From an uncultured delta proteobacterium (GTDB lineage: Bacteria; Myxococcota_A; Polyangia; Fen-1088), in assembly GCA_963767925.1 (NCBI GenBank), contig CAVYGB010000002.1, positions 832,001 through 896,000 of the forward strand: a DNA stretch of 64,000 nucleotides, written 5' to 3'. Position numbers and translations under genes: made by a program. Under the pieces are notes generated by a model. The model had not been told where the DNA came from, made no database searches, and was given only the letters and a program-made list of their open reading frames with translations. Within the stretch, counting starts at the first letter, position 1. Each line of letters starts with the position of its first letter. Positions 60,698 to 64,000 of this stretch are shown here, piece after piece.

Positions 60698-60929
60698 CGA
60701 AGGTTCCTTTTTGCCCGCCGCCTACGAACGAAAGGCTTCACGCCAAGTTCCTGAAGATCGTTCAATATCATCTGAACCAATGGAGTCATAATATTTAGTA
60801 TCAAAACTGAAGGGAAGCTGTTGCGCTCGTCACGCGCGGTCAGCGACCTGCCCAAGCCGCTCTGTCGATCGGACCGCGTCTGATTCGTCTCGTCGCACTT
60901 CCTGCGACAAGAACCTGACGGTCGCAGTG

Positions 60930-61022
60930 CCTCACCTCACCTCGTCTCGTTTCACCTCGCCTCGCCTCGTTTCACCTCGCCTCGCCTCGTTTTCGCCTCG
61001 CCTCGCCTCGCTTCGCTTCGCG
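60930..61022. repeat. Degenerate 5-bp microsatellite (CCTCG/CCTCA/TTTCA)
   Basis: Seen directly. Confidence 0.85.
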
Positions 61023-61328
61023 CGCGCATCTCGTACGTCCGCTCGCCCCAACATCCGTCATCACGTCCGACCGCGCTCGCTGCTGTCACAAAGTTTGCCA
61101 GTGACAGGCAGGCGCATTTTGCGGCGGCTCGCGAGTGATGCCAGCGACGGAAAAGCGCGCATATCTTGCGCCGCGAGGAACCTCAGCGGCGGCGTCCGAA
61201 CGCCGAGCAACCGCTCTGCGATCACACGCTAGACCTTCCACCGCGCTCAGCAGGATCGAGCGACTCCCCGGGCGCCGTCGCTTCGATCGCGGTCACGTCA
61301 TCGTCAGCACTGACCCTTCGACTGGCCA

Positions 61329-61497
61329 GATCGACAATCGCCCCACCACCTCGTGGAGCGAGCTCGACTGCCGGATCGACATTCGCCCCACCACCTCGGT
61401 GGAGCGAGCCCGACTTCCGGATCGACAATCGCCCCACACCTCGGTGGAGCGAGCTCGACTGCCGGATCGACATTCGCCCCACCACCTCGGTGGAGCG
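61329..61497. repeat. 45-46-bp tandem repeat, about 3.7 copies, no spacers
   Basis: Unit GATCGACA(A/T)TCGCCCCACCACCTCGGTGGAGCGAGCTCGACTGCCG. Confidence 0.88.
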
Positions 61498-61582
61498 GAA
61501 GGATGGTGCGGGCTCGCACCGATCGTGAGCGGACGGTCCGGCATACTTGCCTGGACCGTCCGGCCCTCGACCGCGGACACGC

Positions 61583-62029
61583 TCAGCGGATCTGGGCGAG
61601 GCGCAGCTTGCCGCCGGCCCAGGCGCAGGGGAGCGCGATGGCGATGTTGGCCAGGGCGTACCAGGCGGGGCCCATGTTCCAGAACGCCACCGCCCCGACG
61701 GTCGCCAGCAGCGAGCCCACCACCCCGAGGGCCAGCGCATGGGCCAGCGGCCGCCCCGGGGCCAGCCGCGCCGCCAGGTACGTTCCCGCGATGTTCAGCG
61801 GGATCCGATAGGCCAGCGCCAGCACGAACAGGCCGTCCGACATCCGCTGGCCCATCGGCGGAAACACGCCGGTCGCGTGCAACACGGCATCGATCGCCGA
61901 GGTGATCACGAAGGTCGCCACCAGCCCCGCCAGCACCGCCCCCACGCTGCGCAACCGCCGCCGCCCCGGCACCCCCGCCCCCCGCCCCGATCCGCCGACA
62001 TCACCCGAAAAGGTCCCCGCGTTGTCCAT
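61583..62029 (-). CDS. Hypothetical 4-TM membrane protein
   Basis: AGGA-type RBS; RSVGAVLAG, ARLAP, GPAWY hydrophobic helices. Confidence 0.75.
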   Translation of the reverse strand: MDNAGTFSGDVGGSGRGAGVPGRRRLRSVGAVLAGLVATFVITSAIDAVLHATGVFPPMGQRMSDGLFVLALAYRIPLNIAGTYLAARLAPGRPLAHALALGVVGSLLATVGAVAFWNMGPAWYALANIAIALPCAWAGGKLRLAQIR

Positions 62030-62255
62030 GTTCCGTTCCTCCTTCTGCCCGGAGGTCGGAGCCACCCCCGCCGTCTCGACATCCCCCCTGTCGATTTCCC
62101 TCCAGACGCGACGGGCGCTCCTTCCGTCGTGACGCGCGGCCCGGTCAGGTGAACTCGATGGTCCGGCTTCTTTCATCGCTCCTCCAACCGTCGCCCCCGT
62201 GGATGCCTGGGCACAAAGGTGACGGCCAGGGCGGCCGGTCGTAGACTCACCGGAC

Positions 62256-63611
62256 GTGCTGACGCGCCTGTCAATCGCCGGCTTCAAGAGCCTCCTCGAG
62301 GTGGACCTCCGGCTGGGGCCGCTGACCTGCGTCGTCGGCGAAAACGCAGTCGGCAAATCCAACCTCTTCGACGCGATCCGGTTCCTGCATCTCCTGGCAA
62401 CCCGACCGATCCCGGATGCCGTCGCACATATCCGGGAATCTCGGGGACGGAGCGCGAAGTCGGCCGATCTCTTCACCACGTTCGGTTCTGCTCGCGCGAC
62501 CGACGAAGTCCGGGTGAGCGCCGAGATGATCGTGCGTCCCCGGGCCCAGGATGAGTTCGGGGCGCAAGGAGACGCTTCCCTCACGAGCCTTCGCTACGAA
62601 GTGACATTCGGACTGGACCCGCAAGAAGATCGGCTCGTTCTGAAGCAAGAGTGCCTCAGCCCGATCACGCTCGGCGAAACCAGAAAGCGCCTCGGTCCTT
62701 GGGCTACTCGCCCCTTCGTCGATTCTGTCCTGCAGGGTGCGCGCCGGGGAGTGGATTTCATCAGCACCGATGACGAGGGGACCATTCATCTTCATCAGGA
62801 TGGACACGGCGGACGAAAGGTGCCCGCCGCCAAATCATCGCGGACGATCCTCAGCAGCGTGAACGCCGACTTCCCGACCGCCCTCGCCGCCAGGCGCGAG
62901 ATGGAGTCCTGGAGGATCCTGCAACTCGAGCCCTCCGCGATGCGGGCTCCGTCCCTGTACTCCGACCCAAAGTTCATCGATGAACGCGGCGGCAACCTGG
63001 CGGCAACTCTCCACCGGCTCTCCAAGCTGCGAGGTCCGAACGTGTGGAGCGAGATCGCCACGCGCGTGTCGCGCCTGGTGCCCGACGTCCATTCATTGTC
63101 AGTCGAAGACGACCCGCGCCTCGAGACCCTCACGGCACAGGTCCGTGGCTCGGACGGCGCCGTGCGCCCGGCGCGCGCCTTGTCTGACGGCACGCTCAGG
63201 TTCCTGGTTCTTGCGACTCTCGCCGCGGACCCGGAAGCCACTGGTACGGTCTGCGTGGAGGAACCAGAGAACGGCATCCATCCCGACAGGGTCAAGGACA
63301 TGGTGGAGTTACTCTATGACCTTGCTGTCGACTCGGAGTCTGCCGTGGATGAGGACAATCCACTCCGTCAGATAGTCATCAACACGCACTCTCCGCTCGT
63401 CTTTCGAGCCGTCCGACGCGACGACATCGCCTTCATGGAGTTCGTGGACGTCTTCAAATCGTCAATCAGGGGGCGTTCTGCGAGCATTCGAGTGCCCAAG
63501 GACACCTGGCGAGCGAAGTCCACCGAACCCACTCACGCCGTGATTCAGCCGGCTCGGACCTACACCTGGGAGAAAATGCGTTTTTCCTTCGGCGACTCCG
63601 ACGGATCATGA
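62256..63611 (+). CDS. ABC/AAA_21-type ATPase
   Basis: GFKS, GENAVGKSN Walker A, LSDGTLRFL signature, VEEPENGIHP, NTHSP. Confidence 0.92.
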   Translation: MLTRLSIAGFKSLLEVDLRLGPLTCVVGENAVGKSNLFDAIRFLHLLATRPIPDAVAHIRESRGRSAKSADLFTTFGSARATDEVRVSAEMIVRPRAQDEFGAQGDASLTSLRYEVTFGLDPQEDRLVLKQECLSPITLGETRKRLGPWATRPFVDSVLQGARRGVDFISTDDEGTIHLHQDGHGGRKVPAAKSSRTILSSVNADFPTALAARREMESWRILQLEPSAMRAPSLYSDPKFIDERGGNLAATLHRLSKLRGPNVWSEIATRVSRLVPDVHSLSVEDDPRLETLTAQVRGSDGAVRPARALSDGTLRFLVLATLAADPEATGTVCVEEPENGIHPDRVKDMVELLYDLAVDSESAVDEDNPLRQIVINTHSPLVFRAVRRDDIAFMEFVDVFKSSIRGRSASIRVPKDTWRAKSTEPTHAVIQPARTYTWEKMRFSFGDSDGS

Positions 63612-64000
63612 GTGATCTCGTCCTGAGGCTCACGCTGCTGGCGGATGGCACGAGCGACGGATCTCTGCTGACGGTCATTCGCTGGATGATCGGCCAGATC
63701 TCCCCGCCAGTTGTTCTCGAAGCCACGCTTGCTGACCTCGCGATATTTCCGTCCCCACCCAGGACGCTGGCGGCGAGAATCCGGAAGACGCTGGAGTACT
63801 ACCCGGCGGACCTTATCTTCGTTCATCGAGACGCGGAAGCGCAGGATCCGAAGGTCCGCAGAGAGGAGATTCGTCTGGCGATGCCGGGCGCTGGCGGAAT
63901 GCCCTCCTGGGTCCCGGTGGTTCCTGTCCGGATGACCGAAGCGTGGCTTCTGATCGACGAGCGGGCAATTCGCGCTGCCGCCGACAATCCCGCCGGAAAG
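63608..64000 (+). CDS. TOPRIM-like DUF4276/RloB-type protein (runs off the window)
   Basis: ATGA overlap with the ATPase; LLADGTSD, FVHRDAE, PVRMTEAWLL.D. Confidence 0.75.
   Translation, partial: MSDLVLRLTLLADGTSDGSLLTVIRWMIGQISPPVVLEATLADLAIFPSPPRTLAARIRKTLEYYPADLIFVHRDAEAQDPKVRREEIRLAMPGAGGMPSWVPVVPVRMTEAWLLIDERAIRAAADNPAGK

Noticed and set aside
61060..61110. Possible c-di-GMP-I riboswitch on the minus strand (GGCAAAC plus GNRA-like loop)
   Set aside because: The following GACGCAAAGC-type segment and second stem are missing.
61329..61497. CRISPR array
   Set aside because: The repeats abut with no unique spacers, and there are no cas genes in the window.

Overview
This is a very GC-rich bacterial window, most likely Myxococcota (Polyangia-like): it carries a MYXO-CTERM protein, a DUF1552/DUF1592 pair, vWA lipoproteins and a TSP3-OmpA barrel protein. 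All calls come from reading motifs in the sequence; no database searches were run. Housekeeping genes are argG, truD, bamD, an mpl-like ligase and tonB-exbD-exbB. Other loci are an ECF sigma/anti-sigma/HEAT-repeat operon, a sigma54-controlled MacAB-type exporter with its two-component system, tandem prepilin paralogues, a frameshifted MqsRA-like toxin-antitoxin locus, an AAA-ATPase/TOPRIM-like pair at the right edge, an IS5 remnant, MITEs and many short repeats. The best candidate for an undescribed system is the sigma54-promoted pair at 10856-15179. It joins a PilZ-like/SAM-methyltransferase resembling the Ralstonia signal synthase PhcB to a TM-HK-REC-HK protein that looks like a PhcS-PhcR fusion, suggesting a fatty-acid-methyl-ester signalling module. 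Also notable are a eukaryote-type phytochelatin synthase, an Mpl-GNAT fusion and a translationally coupled mini-ORF made from a duplicated gene end. No rRNA, tRNA or CRISPR array was recognised.
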